A stretch of DNA of 64,000 bases. Origin: an uncultured Candidatus Saccharibacteria bacterium (GTDB lineage: Bacteria; Patescibacteriota; WWE3; 2-01-FULL-39-13). Positions 48,811 to 59,155 of this stretch are shown here, one piece after another; the stretch's first letter is position 1; the number at the start of each line of letters is the position of its first letter. Below the pieces are notes generated by a model. That model was not told where the DNA came from. It did not search any database and saw only the letters and a program-made list of their open reading frames with translations. The stretch is from the NCBI GenBank assembly GCA_965230915.1, contig OZ246395.1, forward strand, positions 600,935-664,934. Reading direction: 5' to 3'. A program made the position numbers and the translations under genes.

Positions 48811-49852
48811 TGATAAGAAAATATTAACCATAGCGATTCCAGCATATGGACGGCCAAATACTCTGGAGACAATAATCAAACAATTCCAAAATGAAGATGT
48901 ATCAAAGTTTAATTTGTTGATTTGCGATGATGCTTCTCCTAATGACCTTACAGATACAGTTAAAAAATATCTTTCACAAATGCCGAATCTAAAGTTTATT
49001 AGAAACGAAAAAAACTTGGGCTTTAGCGGCAATGTTTGCAAGCTATACGACTTAGCCGAAACTGACTTTATTTGGTTTGTATGTGACGATGATACGATCA
49101 TTCCTGGTTGTGTTACAAAGATAGTAGAATCCCTAATAAAATATAATCCAACAGTCGCTGTTTATAACCATATTTGGACAAACCCATATGGAATTGAAGG
49201 AACCGCCGGAGTTAAGGCTGATGTTATTTATCACAACGAAAACGAAGTAAAAGACTATAACGATATAATGCGTATGACATTTTTGTCGACCTTAGTTTTA
49301 AAAAAACTCCTAACGTCTGAAGAAATAAGAAAGACAGAATATACTTCTAATGTCTTTATTCAAATCTCACTAGCATTGATTTTATTAAGCAATAAATTCG
49401 TGTACGCCCAAATTGCTACCCCAGTTATATATAGACATGTTGGTTATAAATATGGGGAATTCTTTAAATTCTCAACCGTCGACCATTTACGATCTATTTT
49501 CGCAATAAATCACACACTGGATAATAAAAAGTTTCTAGAATGGGCAAGGAAACAAATTCCTACAAATTTTAAATTATATATGTCCCAAAAACTGGGAATG
49601 TTTAAATATAGCCCAGTTCCGCCTTCAAAACGAACAATAAAAGAAATCGTAAAATATTATGGACTAGCAAGTTTCTTTATCTTTATGTATATACCAATAT
49701 ATTTTCTTACTCCGACATTTATTCTTAAGCGAATTTATAAATTATTTTTAAATGAATATCATGATAAAGAAACAGCAAAGAAAATATATGAACAAAATAT
49801 AAATCGTGCTTTTAAAGATAATAGAGAAACTGGCTTTACAGAATATAGATAG
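48797..49852 (+). CDS. GT2 glycosyltransferase
   Basis: LTIAIPAYGR, CDDAS, NLGFSGN, CDDD. Confidence 0.85.
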   Translation: MNNHNDKKILTIAIPAYGRPNTLETIIKQFQNEDVSKFNLLICDDASPNDLTDTVKKYLSQMPNLKFIRNEKNLGFSGNVCKLYDLAETDFIWFVCDDDTIIPGCVTKIVESLIKYNPTVAVYNHIWTNPYGIEGTAGVKADVIYHNENEVKDYNDIMRMTFLSTLVLKKLLTSEEIRKTEYTSNVFIQISLALILLSNKFVYAQIATPVIYRHVGYKYGEFFKFSTVDHLRSIFAINHTLDNKKFLEWARKQIPTNFKLYMSQKLGMFKYSPVPPSKRTIKEIVKYYGLASFFIFMYIPIYFLTPTFILKRIYKLFLNEYHDKETAKKIYEQNINRAFKDNRETGFTEYR

Positions 49853-49884
49853 ATTTTATGATAAACTGATTTTATTCCTCTGCC

Positions 49885-52137
49885 ATGATTAAGAAATATA
49901 TAATCTACATAGCTTTTTTAGTTTTCGCAGTCTCATATTCATTCTTTTTATTCTCAAAATTTCCTAACGACAAATTTTTATTTATTGGCGATCAATTTTT
50001 CCGCTTTTCTAAGGAAGAAATAAACGAGAATGCATTTTACATTCGAAAATTAGAAAACTTTGGGGTTTTTAATGCATGGCAATTAACTGTTCAAACTCCC
50101 GAAATATTATATTACACAACTGTATATAATATTGGATTAACACCCCGACAGGCAGAACAACTACTATTCGCATTAATAATCTTTATAACGCTGTCTCTAT
50201 CCTATTATTCTTTTAATAGGTTAAAGGAAATTTTTTCCCCAAGAGCAAATGATTGGCTGGTGCTGGCAATAGCTGTTTGGTATTCGATGAATCCATATTT
50301 AATGGTTTTGTGGCACGGGGCTACTTATAACTTCGGGTCATCACTTACATATTCGCTGGCGCCGCTAATTTTATATTACTTTCATAAGTCGATCATCGAC
50401 TTCACCGCATCCAAAAGTCGACTTATATGCGCCGTTTTAATGTTTCTGGCATCTTTTACCTTTTGGATGTTTGCGGCATATATATTTTTCCTTGCGATGT
50501 ATTTTGTTTTGTATCTTTGTTTCAACAGAAAAATGATAGGTGTCGCAGTCATAAATCTATTAAAACTTGGGCTTTTGTATCTTCCACTATGCGCAATAAT
50601 GATTTATCCATTACTGCATGAAAACTTTAATAATAATGCAGATGTAAATGGTGCTTTTGCACCTATGTTTACTCAAATTAAAGGTGGAATGCTCTATCAG
50701 TTTTTAATGTATTTTTCTTGGGGCATTTATAACTATTGGACCCCAAGATCTATTTATCCCGAAAGTATTACGAATTTTTATTTCTCCCCTTTTTATATAG
50801 GGTCTACTGTTTCCTTGTATGCTTTACTTTTAATTCCAATAGTTAATAAATTTAGAAATAAATCAGATGAAAAACTCTCGAGAATTGTAAATCGTAACTT
50901 TTTTATTGCTATTTTTGCTCTTATTTTTATAGTTTCTATCTTCTTAGGAAAAGGACCAACAAATCCATTTGGACAAATTTTTATATTTCTATACAATCAT
51001 TTCCCATTTTTTAATGTATTTAGAAGCTCAGATTATAGATTTGGATTTACATCAGTTTTAGCATTGTCATTATTATTTTTAATAGTTCTGCCACATATAA
51101 AGAAGGTAAAATACGCGGCAATCTTACTCTTCTTATTAACTTTTATACAAAATTACATATTCTTTGACACCTCGCTTATAATCGGACAGAATAAACAGCC
51201 GGATTTCACTGACCGCGTTGTTACAATTCCGCAAGACTATAAAGAATTAAAAGACTTTTTTGATAATGATAAGGAGACATCTTATATTTATGCTGATCCA
51301 TCTGTTGAATTCGGAACTTATAACTTAGGCGTTGATGAAAAGCACACAGGACAAGACTTACTACCCAAAATAATCGACCAACCAATGGCATATATACCTG
51401 TAACGACAGGCATGTCTATTCCTACTGCACAGGTTTTGTATACAGCTTTAGTAAATAAGCAATTTGAACTATTGAAACTACTTCCGCTTAAATACATTGT
51501 TTTGCGTAATGATACAGTTTGCGTTGACTGCGCACTCATAGAATCGGAAGATATAAAAGATGGTTTTACTGAATTGTTCTCAAATAACACTTTTAAAGTT
51601 TTGGGCATCTACGATCATACTCCACTTATAAGATCTAGCGACACATCAGTTGTAACATACGATATCGTGTCACCAGTAGAATATAAAGTAAGCATGGTAG
51701 GCATGACCGGCCCAGCAATCCTAAGTTTACTGCAAAGTAACAGCAGTAATTGGTCAGTTTATCTAAATAAATATGAAGAACCACTGTGTGAAAATATTGT
51801 TAGGGTTAATGGCACTACTTACCAATGCGAAAGAACCAAACATCTTCTAAATTTAAGAAATTTACAATTACCTTCAAATGTAAAAATAAGCGGTAAAACA
51901 TATTCGCAGAATCTAAACCATATGAATTCATGGGAAATTGACCCGGCATATATATCTACCTCATATGACCAAAGTTACTCCCAAAAAAATGAAAATGGCA
52001 CTTATGATCTTTTACTCACCATATATTACAATCCACAAACTTCTTATATGAGATATGCCGCACTATCAATTATTCTACTTATCTCTTATATTGTACTTAT
52101 AGCTTTTAATGATAAGTATTTTAAAATCAGACTCTAA
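49885..52137 (+). CDS. GT-C-like (YfhO/AftD-like) membrane glycosyltransferase
   Basis: TM plus IGDQ loop, YSMNPY, KGPTNPFG, VFRSSDYRF, LKYIVLRND, C-terminal TM; architecture like 34571..36886. Confidence 0.65.
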   Translation: MIKKYIIYIAFLVFAVSYSFFLFSKFPNDKFLFIGDQFFRFSKEEINENAFYIRKLENFGVFNAWQLTVQTPEILYYTTVYNIGLTPRQAEQLLFALIIFITLSLSYYSFNRLKEIFSPRANDWLVLAIAVWYSMNPYLMVLWHGATYNFGSSLTYSLAPLILYYFHKSIIDFTASKSRLICAVLMFLASFTFWMFAAYIFFLAMYFVLYLCFNRKMIGVAVINLLKLGLLYLPLCAIMIYPLLHENFNNNADVNGAFAPMFTQIKGGMLYQFLMYFSWGIYNYWTPRSIYPESITNFYFSPFYIGSTVSLYALLLIPIVNKFRNKSDEKLSRIVNRNFFIAIFALIFIVSIFLGKGPTNPFGQIFIFLYNHFPFFNVFRSSDYRFGFTSVLALSLLFLIVLPHIKKVKYAAILLFLLTFIQNYIFFDTSLIIGQNKQPDFTDRVVTIPQDYKELKDFFDNDKETSYIYADPSVEFGTYNLGVDEKHTGQDLLPKIIDQPMAYIPVTTGMSIPTAQVLYTALVNKQFELLKLLPLKYIVLRNDTVCVDCALIESEDIKDGFTELFSNNTFKVLGIYDHTPLIRSSDTSVVTYDIVSPVEYKVSMVGMTGPAILSLLQSNSSNWSVYLNKYEEPLCENIVRVNGTTYQCERTKHLLNLRNLQLPSNVKISGKTYSQNLNHMNSWEIDPAYISTSYDQSYSQKNENGTYDLLLTIYYNPQTSYMRYAALSIILLISYIVLIAFNDKYFKIRL

Positions 52138-52139
52138 CT

Positions 52140-53876
52140 ATGATCGAATCTATACTTTCCAATTATTGGGGAGATTCTGCCGCAAGCTTATATTCAAGCA
52201 ATGTATCTCCCGAATCATTTTCTAGCACAATTGTTTACCTTTTCCGGGGAATGTTTGGTGTTCCAGGAATATATAATTTTTTAATTATATTAGGTTTTTT
52301 TACAACATGGATTATCGGATTTTTAATTATAAGAAAGGAATTTAGAAATAATTTAGTAGGTATATTCTTCGCAACTCTTATTACTTTTGCACCGCTAAGA
52401 ATTCGTTATTCGATGGAATGGCCAACATTAATTTCCTGGGGCTTCTGCTTTGCAATGGTATACTTCAGCTATAAATACATAACACGGTCAAAAATCTCAT
52501 ATGCGATACTAGCTGGACTGTTCTTCTGCTTAGCTTTTACAGAGCACCCATATTCCGGAATAATTTTGCCTTCGGTTACAGGAATCTCCACATTTATTTT
52601 TTTACTAATTCAAAAACAAAAGAAGTATTGGATAAACGCAATAATCCTCCTTATTATACTTGGCGCATTTTCCGCCCCAGGTTTTTATAACATCTTTAAA
52701 ACGCGTGAGTATATTAGCGGCGAATCAAATTATTTATCATTAAGCCGGAGTGAGGCTGACAGATGGGCTTATTCCGCGAAACCATGGAATTACTTCGTGC
52801 CCGATATCGATAACCCCATTCTTGGCGATACTGCGGTGAAAATTAACTACTGGATATGGGGACAAACACCCTACTATCTAACAGAGCCGTTCTTTCCTAA
52901 AGAACATACTTTATATGTAGGAATAACTCTATTTATTTTAGCTTGTTTTACTTTATATAAAACATATATAAAGAAGGATCAAGCAATACTAAAGTATAAA
53001 GAGCTAACCCTATTCTTCGCATTAATAGGTTTGACTGCTTTTATATTCAGCATGCCACCTCATGCACCAATTAATGGAGTAAAAATATATTTTCCGTCGG
53101 CTATTATTTACCAAATAGCACCACAGTTAAGGGCATTTGCACGCTTCGGCATTCTAGTATTTATTGCGAATGCTGCTCTGGCCACAATCGGATTTAATTA
53201 TCTTCTTAACCTAGAGATAAATAGAAAAATAAAATATACTCTTATATTGTTGATCTCGATACTTGTTATAGTCGAATTCTCAACAAACTTCTTCTCTAAA
53301 AGTATTTCTTCTATCCCAACCACTCCATATAAGTGGCTCGCACAGCAACCCGGAAATTTTACACATTTAGAAATTCCAAGGCGGACTGATTATACTGACT
53401 CACTTTATAATGTGTACTACGATAGACCAATAATTAACCGATACCTAAATACATCTAAGCAAGTTAAAGAAATTGAAGATTCGATTATATATGATATCGG
53501 GGACTCAAAGGAATTGATCTGCAATCACTTTGTAAACTCATTAAATGGGAAATATATCGTATATCATAACGAAGATCTTATAAAGCGCACTATAGTAGAG
53601 GATTTTGTTAAAACTGGAAAGGTAACACCTGCGTTAAAAATAGCTCTAAGCGAAAGCTGGGGCCAACCGATATGGGGCAATCATCTTGAGAAATCTGAAA
53701 ATGATAAACAGAAGGACGAATTGAGAAAGAATCTACTAACCAAATTCAAAAATGATCCTAGATTAAAACAAGTTGCCGAATTTAAACAGGGAGAATTAGA
53801 CTCAGATCCGCACTACAATACAAATGACCTAGATGCAATTACAATCTTTGAAATTAACTCCGACTATTGCAAATAA
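52140..53876 (+). CDS. GT-C-like multi-pass membrane protein
   Basis: WGD, FAPLR, YSAKPWNYFVP, LYVG, LRAFARF. Confidence 0.6.
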   Translation: MIESILSNYWGDSAASLYSSNVSPESFSSTIVYLFRGMFGVPGIYNFLIILGFFTTWIIGFLIIRKEFRNNLVGIFFATLITFAPLRIRYSMEWPTLISWGFCFAMVYFSYKYITRSKISYAILAGLFFCLAFTEHPYSGIILPSVTGISTFIFLLIQKQKKYWINAIILLIILGAFSAPGFYNIFKTREYISGESNYLSLSRSEADRWAYSAKPWNYFVPDIDNPILGDTAVKINYWIWGQTPYYLTEPFFPKEHTLYVGITLFILACFTLYKTYIKKDQAILKYKELTLFFALIGLTAFIFSMPPHAPINGVKIYFPSAIIYQIAPQLRAFARFGILVFIANAALATIGFNYLLNLEINRKIKYTLILLISILVIVEFSTNFFSKSISSIPTTPYKWLAQQPGNFTHLEIPRRTDYTDSLYNVYYDRPIINRYLNTSKQVKEIEDSIIYDIGDSKELICNHFVNSLNGKYIVYHNEDLIKRTIVEDFVKTGKVTPALKIALSESWGQPIWGNHLEKSENDKQKDELRKNLLTKFKNDPRLKQVAEFKQGELDSDPHYNTNDLDAITIFEINSDYCK

Positions 53877-56089
53877 ACGAAAGGAACTGATTTCTTTTCG
53901 ATAAATATTAAATAATAGTTTCCTTGCTTTAGTTCTACAAAATCGACACTACGATCCTCTTTTATATTTCCAAGAATTTTATAAATATTATCCTTTTCAT
54001 CTTCTGAAAAAATAAAGAGGTTTTTATCATAATAATCTATTGCTAATAATTGTGCTGGCATAACATCCCCTTCAATATTGTAAAAATTGTGCCCATCGCG
54101 AACTGTATTATCTGCAAAATAATAAACTGGCATTAAATCAATGTCATCACTTACTTGAATAAGCGCCTTATCCATTAAATGTCGATTATAAGCTAGTTCC
54201 AGTAGAAAGGTTAAGTTAACGTCGTATGATTTCTTAAAATAGAGATTATTAGAAATTAAACCTAAAATTATTGTTACAGAAAGTAATGCTATAAGTATTA
54301 AATTCGAAACCTTTTTGCCTAAATTGAAAATATATGTCTCTCTAATAAAAGACATAATTAACAAGAAGAACCCTGCGATAGCTAAAACAACAAAAACTAG
54401 ATAAAGCTTTATCGAAACAATTAAATTAGGCTCTATTATGTTTGCGATTCCAAATATTAAGCTTGTAAACGCAAGTGAATAAAAGCCCCCAATATAACGC
54501 TTTAGGATCAAAAATAATAAAGCAATTGACCCTACATAAAACATGCCGGCTAAAATACGACCAGTATAAACATAATTCCCAATTACATATTTAAAGACAG
54601 ATAAAAGCCAAGAGTATTGATCTACTATAAAATTAGGCTTAAATGCCTGGCTGAACATACTTAATTCTAGTCCATTTAATGGATGAGTTAAGAAAATAAC
54701 TGGAACTATAAGTGTGGCTATCGAAAGTGCGACTACAATAATTCTTTTTAAATCACATTTCTCAGGACACAGTATATTTCTGATTGTATTAATAAGATTT
54801 TGTGTAATATAAAACTTAGCAACATATGCTGATGCAATTAATACAAACATCCAAAAGAATTCTGATTTGTATGAATACATGAACCCAGCCGTTAAGAACG
54901 AAACAATCGCACCCAAAAAGCCCAAAGCTGTAAAGTCATTTTTCATGAGATAGATTCGATATAAACCGGTAATTAAAACTGCCCAAAATGCTGCAAATAC
55001 AATAAAAGACACCAGTCCAGTTTCGGCTAAAACCTCAAGCCAGAGATTGTGTAACGGTAATTTTAAGTCAAGTGCGGCCTTATCGATATAGTAGTAAACG
55101 TTTGCCCATTCTGTATTTCTAAAATATGCGTGAAATGAATTGGCCCCAATACCTAATAAGAAATTTTGAATTCCAACAATTATTCCAACCTTTAGCAAGA
55201 ATAAATGTGAGAAAAATGAAACCGACCGATATAAAAGCGATTCGCGAATGGAATCTGCTTTCCAATAAAACAATGATAAAAATCCAAGAATTCCGGCTAT
55301 TGTTGAAAGGTAGTAAATTCCGAATTGATATTTGCTGGCTGTCTTAAACTTTAAGTTTTTAAAGGACAAGACTCCGAATACTAATAGTCCAAATATAAAT
55401 CCTATTAAGGAGCTCCTTGAACTTGTTAAATGCAAAGCTGTTAAAGCCCCAATAGCTAAAAGACCAAAGAAGATCCTTGTAGCTGTCCCTACTCTATCTT
55501 TTGCAATAATAAATCCAAGTAGAATCAGAATAAGGGCTGAACAAAAAGCTCCAAAATGATTTATATCCCAAAAAGTTGAGCCATAACGAGTCGGATATTC
55601 TGGCACCGGCCAAACTCCGCCAATTGCAATTTTATAATTTGTTTGAAGATATATTTGTATTCCTAAAAATACTAGAACTGCAATAAAAGTCAAACCATAT
55701 AATGTAACTAAATCTTTAACACCATCTTTACGTTCAAAAATAAAATTTCTTACGGGAATATAAGTAAATGTAATCGCTAACTGAAAAGCTATTAATCGCA
55801 ACGAACTAACTACATCACCTGTTTGTAATAAGCTTAATGACTGAAATCCGACAAATGAAATCAAAAACCAGAAAAATATATCTTTAGAATAATCTTTGAA
55901 GTTCTTAATAAACAAAAATAGCCCAATTACAGCCAAAGATATTAGAGCATATTTAGACCAGACTAAATCAGGGTCGTAAATCGAAAACGCCTCTTTATGG
56001 TTAAATGGGATCGCAATTACTAATAAGTAAATAAGAGCGTAGTACCATTTAAAAACATCTTTTGTTGGCTTGAATAGTTTATTTAGCAT
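53864..56089 (-). CDS. O-antigen-ligase (Wzy_C)-like protein with degenerate C-terminal membrane domain
   Basis: RYGSTFWDINH, LTSSRSSLIG, GIGANSF, LHNLWLEVLAETG. Confidence 0.78.
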   Translation of the reverse strand: MLNKLFKPTKDVFKWYYALIYLLVIAIPFNHKEAFSIYDPDLVWSKYALISLAVIGLFLFIKNFKDYSKDIFFWFLISFVGFQSLSLLQTGDVVSSLRLIAFQLAITFTYIPVRNFIFERKDGVKDLVTLYGLTFIAVLVFLGIQIYLQTNYKIAIGGVWPVPEYPTRYGSTFWDINHFGAFCSALILILLGFIIAKDRVGTATRIFFGLLAIGALTALHLTSSRSSLIGFIFGLLVFGVLSFKNLKFKTASKYQFGIYYLSTIAGILGFLSLFYWKADSIRESLLYRSVSFFSHLFLLKVGIIVGIQNFLLGIGANSFHAYFRNTEWANVYYYIDKAALDLKLPLHNLWLEVLAETGLVSFIVFAAFWAVLITGLYRIYLMKNDFTALGFLGAIVSFLTAGFMYSYKSEFFWMFVLIASAYVAKFYITQNLINTIRNILCPEKCDLKRIIVVALSIATLIVPVIFLTHPLNGLELSMFSQAFKPNFIVDQYSWLLSVFKYVIGNYVYTGRILAGMFYVGSIALLFLILKRYIGGFYSLAFTSLIFGIANIIEPNLIVSIKLYLVFVVLAIAGFFLLIMSFIRETYIFNLGKKVSNLILIALLSVTIILGLISNNLYFKKSYDVNLTFLLELAYNRHLMDKALIQVSDDIDLMPVYYFADNTVRDGHNFYNIEGDVMPAQLLAIDYYDKNLFIFSEDEKDNIYKILGNIKEDRSVDFVELKQGNYYLIFIEKKSVPFVYLQ

Positions 56090-59000
56090 TTTCTATTTGT
56101 TCTGGCTGTTCAGGCGGGAATCCATAATCAGTTAATTGTTTAATAACATCGGCTTCTTGTGGCTCTAAAACTCTAAGTCTCATGCGTTCTATTGCTGTTA
56201 ATGGCTGTTTTAAGCGTTGTTTCTCACGAATACCTTGCAATGCAAGTTGCAATTCATTGTATTTATTATGCAATACATCAACTCTAGATAATGATTTCAT
56301 CAAAACCCAGTCGCCTGCAGAACCCTTAACATCTAAAACTAACGGGGCGTCAATCTTGTCCTGATCATCATTTACACTATAGTAAATATCAGTTGGGACT
56401 AAGAAATCTCTATTTTCATCAGGTTGAGCATCTTCGATTAAAGACAATATTTCATCTTCTTTAATGGCTTTAATCTTATGTTCGCTATAGAAAAGTAATA
56501 CCGGCGGAGCAATATTTACATAGTAAAGTTTTCGTTCAGGATATAAATCCTTCGGATATGTATCATTGAATATTTGGACAAGAGCAACTTTATCCTTGTT
56601 AAAGTCTGGATAATAAATCTTGTCGCGAATTATCACAACATAAAATGCTGAAATTAAAAACATTGCAAACAGCGCAACAGATCTTACATATATTGGATTA
56701 AATTTGGCATCAGCCTTCAAATTCGTATTTACGACATAGATAAATCTGTCAATGAATCTTGCAGCAATTAAAGCCATAAATGGATAAATCGGCATTATGT
56801 ACCATTGCAATTTGTCTTTCGAAATTGAGAAGAACAATAAAACAAAAGCTGTGCTTAGCATTAATAGCATATATTCTTTACGGTATTTTTTGTCTATAAA
56901 GAAAAGTGAAACTACCCCAAGAGCAAAAGGTAATATCCAAATTCTAAAAGCCACCTTAATAACTTCTAAAAACCACCAAATCGGTTGCTCATGCCCTAAT
57001 CCTTCGGCTCCTCTACTTATGATATGTTCGAATAAATATTTATCTATAAATTCTTGACCATGAATCATATACGAATAAATATGCCATGGTAATGCGACTA
57101 ACAAGGAAGCAAGGATAAAAGGTAAAAATCTCTTAAATGAAACTTTGTCTTTTTGTACAAAGATTAAATATAGCCAATATAACCCAAGTACAGGAACAGG
57201 AATTAATCCAATAATCGCTTTAGTCATTACACCAAGGCCAAGCATTACTCCAGCTGCAGCAGATATCCACATAGCATTTTTCTTTGTAGAAAATGCCCAA
57301 TACATTAAGTAAATCGTTGCAACAATAAAAACGGTGGCAGTTACATCAAGCATTCCATTTCTTGAATAATATAAGTAGTGTGAAGTCGAAATTAAAATAA
57401 GTGCGGCAAAAACTCCAGTTAATTTGTTATAAAGCTTATTTCCAAACTTATAAATTAAAATTACGCCTAAAATTCCAAAAGTAGTTGAAACAATTCTTGC
57501 TCCGAATGAATTGAAGTTTGTGACCTTAAATACTAAAGCAGTAAGCCACATATAAAGTGGAGGTTTTTCAAACCACATATCGTTAAGGTCTTTCCAATAT
57601 AAAGTTATCCAGTTACCACCTTCTACAATATTTCTAGCTACTTTTGCATAAATAGCTTCATCCCAATCAATTAAGGTAGTACTTCCTAAATTTAATAAGA
57701 AATAGAAAAGCGCCATTGGAACAATAATCAGATAAGGAGTTATTTTAGCTTTATACCACCAGCTCAAAACATATCCGAAATTAAAGTTAACATCAAAATT
57801 TATGAAAATGTAGCCTATCGCTAAAAACAAAGTCACCCAATAAAACTCGATATTGTATGAATAAAAGAGTCCGCCTGCAAAAAGTGCTAGCACACTACCT
57901 AAAAGCCCAATACCTAAATATTTCAAACTATCTTTTTTACTCTTAAAGACTGTAGTAATAAGCGAAGCCAAAATTAATATAGCAAACGAGGCGTAAGTAA
58001 CAATTCCAAGTCCGCCTGTTTCACCTAAGACTTCTCCCCATACGCTATGTGGAGGAACCTTAAGATCTCTTAATTTAGGTTCGCGGTCAAAATAATCAGT
58101 AGCCGTTTCGGTCTTTCTAAATGCTGGGTCAAATCCGCCATAGCCTGATCCTACTAATAAATTGTTAAAAAAGACCTCAGCAGCACCCTCTAAAAGCATA
58201 AAATGTGTATCAGTTGAATCTAAACGATAGTGCATGTAACTCGCGATCTTATCCCGAATAGAAATACCTTTATATGTTGTATAACCAATAAGCCCGGAGA
58301 ATGCTAGAACGACCACAACTAGGCTAATAGCAAGCGGCTTTCTTAAATGATTCCAATAATAGATGACAAAAGAAAGAGACATTCCGACAGATAAGCCGAT
58401 CCAAGCGCTTCGCGACTGGGTCATAAAAAGAAGCAAACACATAAAAGCTGCGCCTAAAGCTGAAATTATTTTCCATTGAACCTTTTTAACTGCAAAGATA
58501 TATGCAAATAAGATAGGAATAATAGTTATTAAAAATCCGCCATAATGGTTTACATCCCAGAAAGTTGAACCTAAGCGTGGAGGGTTACCTGGAACAACCC
58601 AAACTCCTCCGACTGAATATCTGCAACAACTTCTCAAATAATATTGGACTACAGCAAAAATACCTGCAAGCCAGGCGATACCAATATATAAATGTAAAAA
58701 ATTTCGATAGAATGATTCACCCGATTTTAAAATTTGTTGTTTAAATACAACATAAAAAGAAAGAATGATTGTATAGAAAGCAAAGAGCGAAAGACTGTAG
58801 TCTTGAACTTCTGATTTAAAAATTGATAATCCCCTAATTACCCATAATGTTAACAATAAGATTAAAAATGGATCTGTTTTTATGAAATTAACTAACAGGT
58901 CACTAAATTTTTTCCATCCATTATTTTTTATCCAGATTAGAAGTTTTACAAAAGCGACAAGTGATACTGATAAAATTGCGATTCTTATCGGAAGTAAATC

Positions 59001-59150
59001 CCATACAATAAAGCTAAATAGCTCTTTATGCATTAATGGGGTAAGTGCCAGAACATAAAAAAGACCCCATTTGAGGTTTTTTATTGAAAGTCCAAGCCCG
59101 ATTAAAAATGTCGCGACAATAATCGCTATATCTATACTTTGCGAGATCAT
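56079..59150 (-). CDS. O-antigen-ligase-like domain fused to an ArnT/GT83-like glycosyltransferase
   Basis: RLGSTFWDVNH, TQSRSAWIG, PHSVWGEVLGETG; then DWDEAIY, WFEKPPLYMW, MTKA, KLQWYIMPIYP. Confidence 0.82.
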   Translation of the reverse strand: MISQSIDIAIIVATFLIGLGLSIKNLKWGLFYVLALTPLMHKELFSFIVWDLLPIRIAILSVSLVAFVKLLIWIKNNGWKKFSDLLVNFIKTDPFLILLLTLWVIRGLSIFKSEVQDYSLSLFAFYTIILSFYVVFKQQILKSGESFYRNFLHLYIGIAWLAGIFAVVQYYLRSCCRYSVGGVWVVPGNPPRLGSTFWDVNHYGGFLITIIPILFAYIFAVKKVQWKIISALGAAFMCLLLFMTQSRSAWIGLSVGMSLSFVIYYWNHLRKPLAISLVVVVLAFSGLIGYTTYKGISIRDKIASYMHYRLDSTDTHFMLLEGAAEVFFNNLLVGSGYGGFDPAFRKTETATDYFDREPKLRDLKVPPHSVWGEVLGETGGLGIVTYASFAILILASLITTVFKSKKDSLKYLGIGLLGSVLALFAGGLFYSYNIEFYWVTLFLAIGYIFINFDVNFNFGYVLSWWYKAKITPYLIIVPMALFYFLLNLGSTTLIDWDEAIYAKVARNIVEGGNWITLYWKDLNDMWFEKPPLYMWLTALVFKVTNFNSFGARIVSTTFGILGVILIYKFGNKLYNKLTGVFAALILISTSHYLYYSRNGMLDVTATVFIVATIYLMYWAFSTKKNAMWISAAAGVMLGLGVMTKAIIGLIPVPVLGLYWLYLIFVQKDKVSFKRFLPFILASLLVALPWHIYSYMIHGQEFIDKYLFEHIISRGAEGLGHEQPIWWFLEVIKVAFRIWILPFALGVVSLFFIDKKYRKEYMLLMLSTAFVLLFFSISKDKLQWYIMPIYPFMALIAARFIDRFIYVVNTNLKADAKFNPIYVRSVALFAMFLISAFYVVIIRDKIYYPDFNKDKVALVQIFNDTYPKDLYPERKLYYVNIAPPVLLFYSEHKIKAIKEDEILSLIEDAQPDENRDFLVPTDIYYSVNDDQDKIDAPLVLDVKGSAGDWVLMKSLSRVDVLHNKYNELQLALQGIREKQRLKQPLTAIERMRLRVLEPQEADVIKQLTDYGFPPEQPEQIENAK

Positions 59151-59155
59151 AAATA

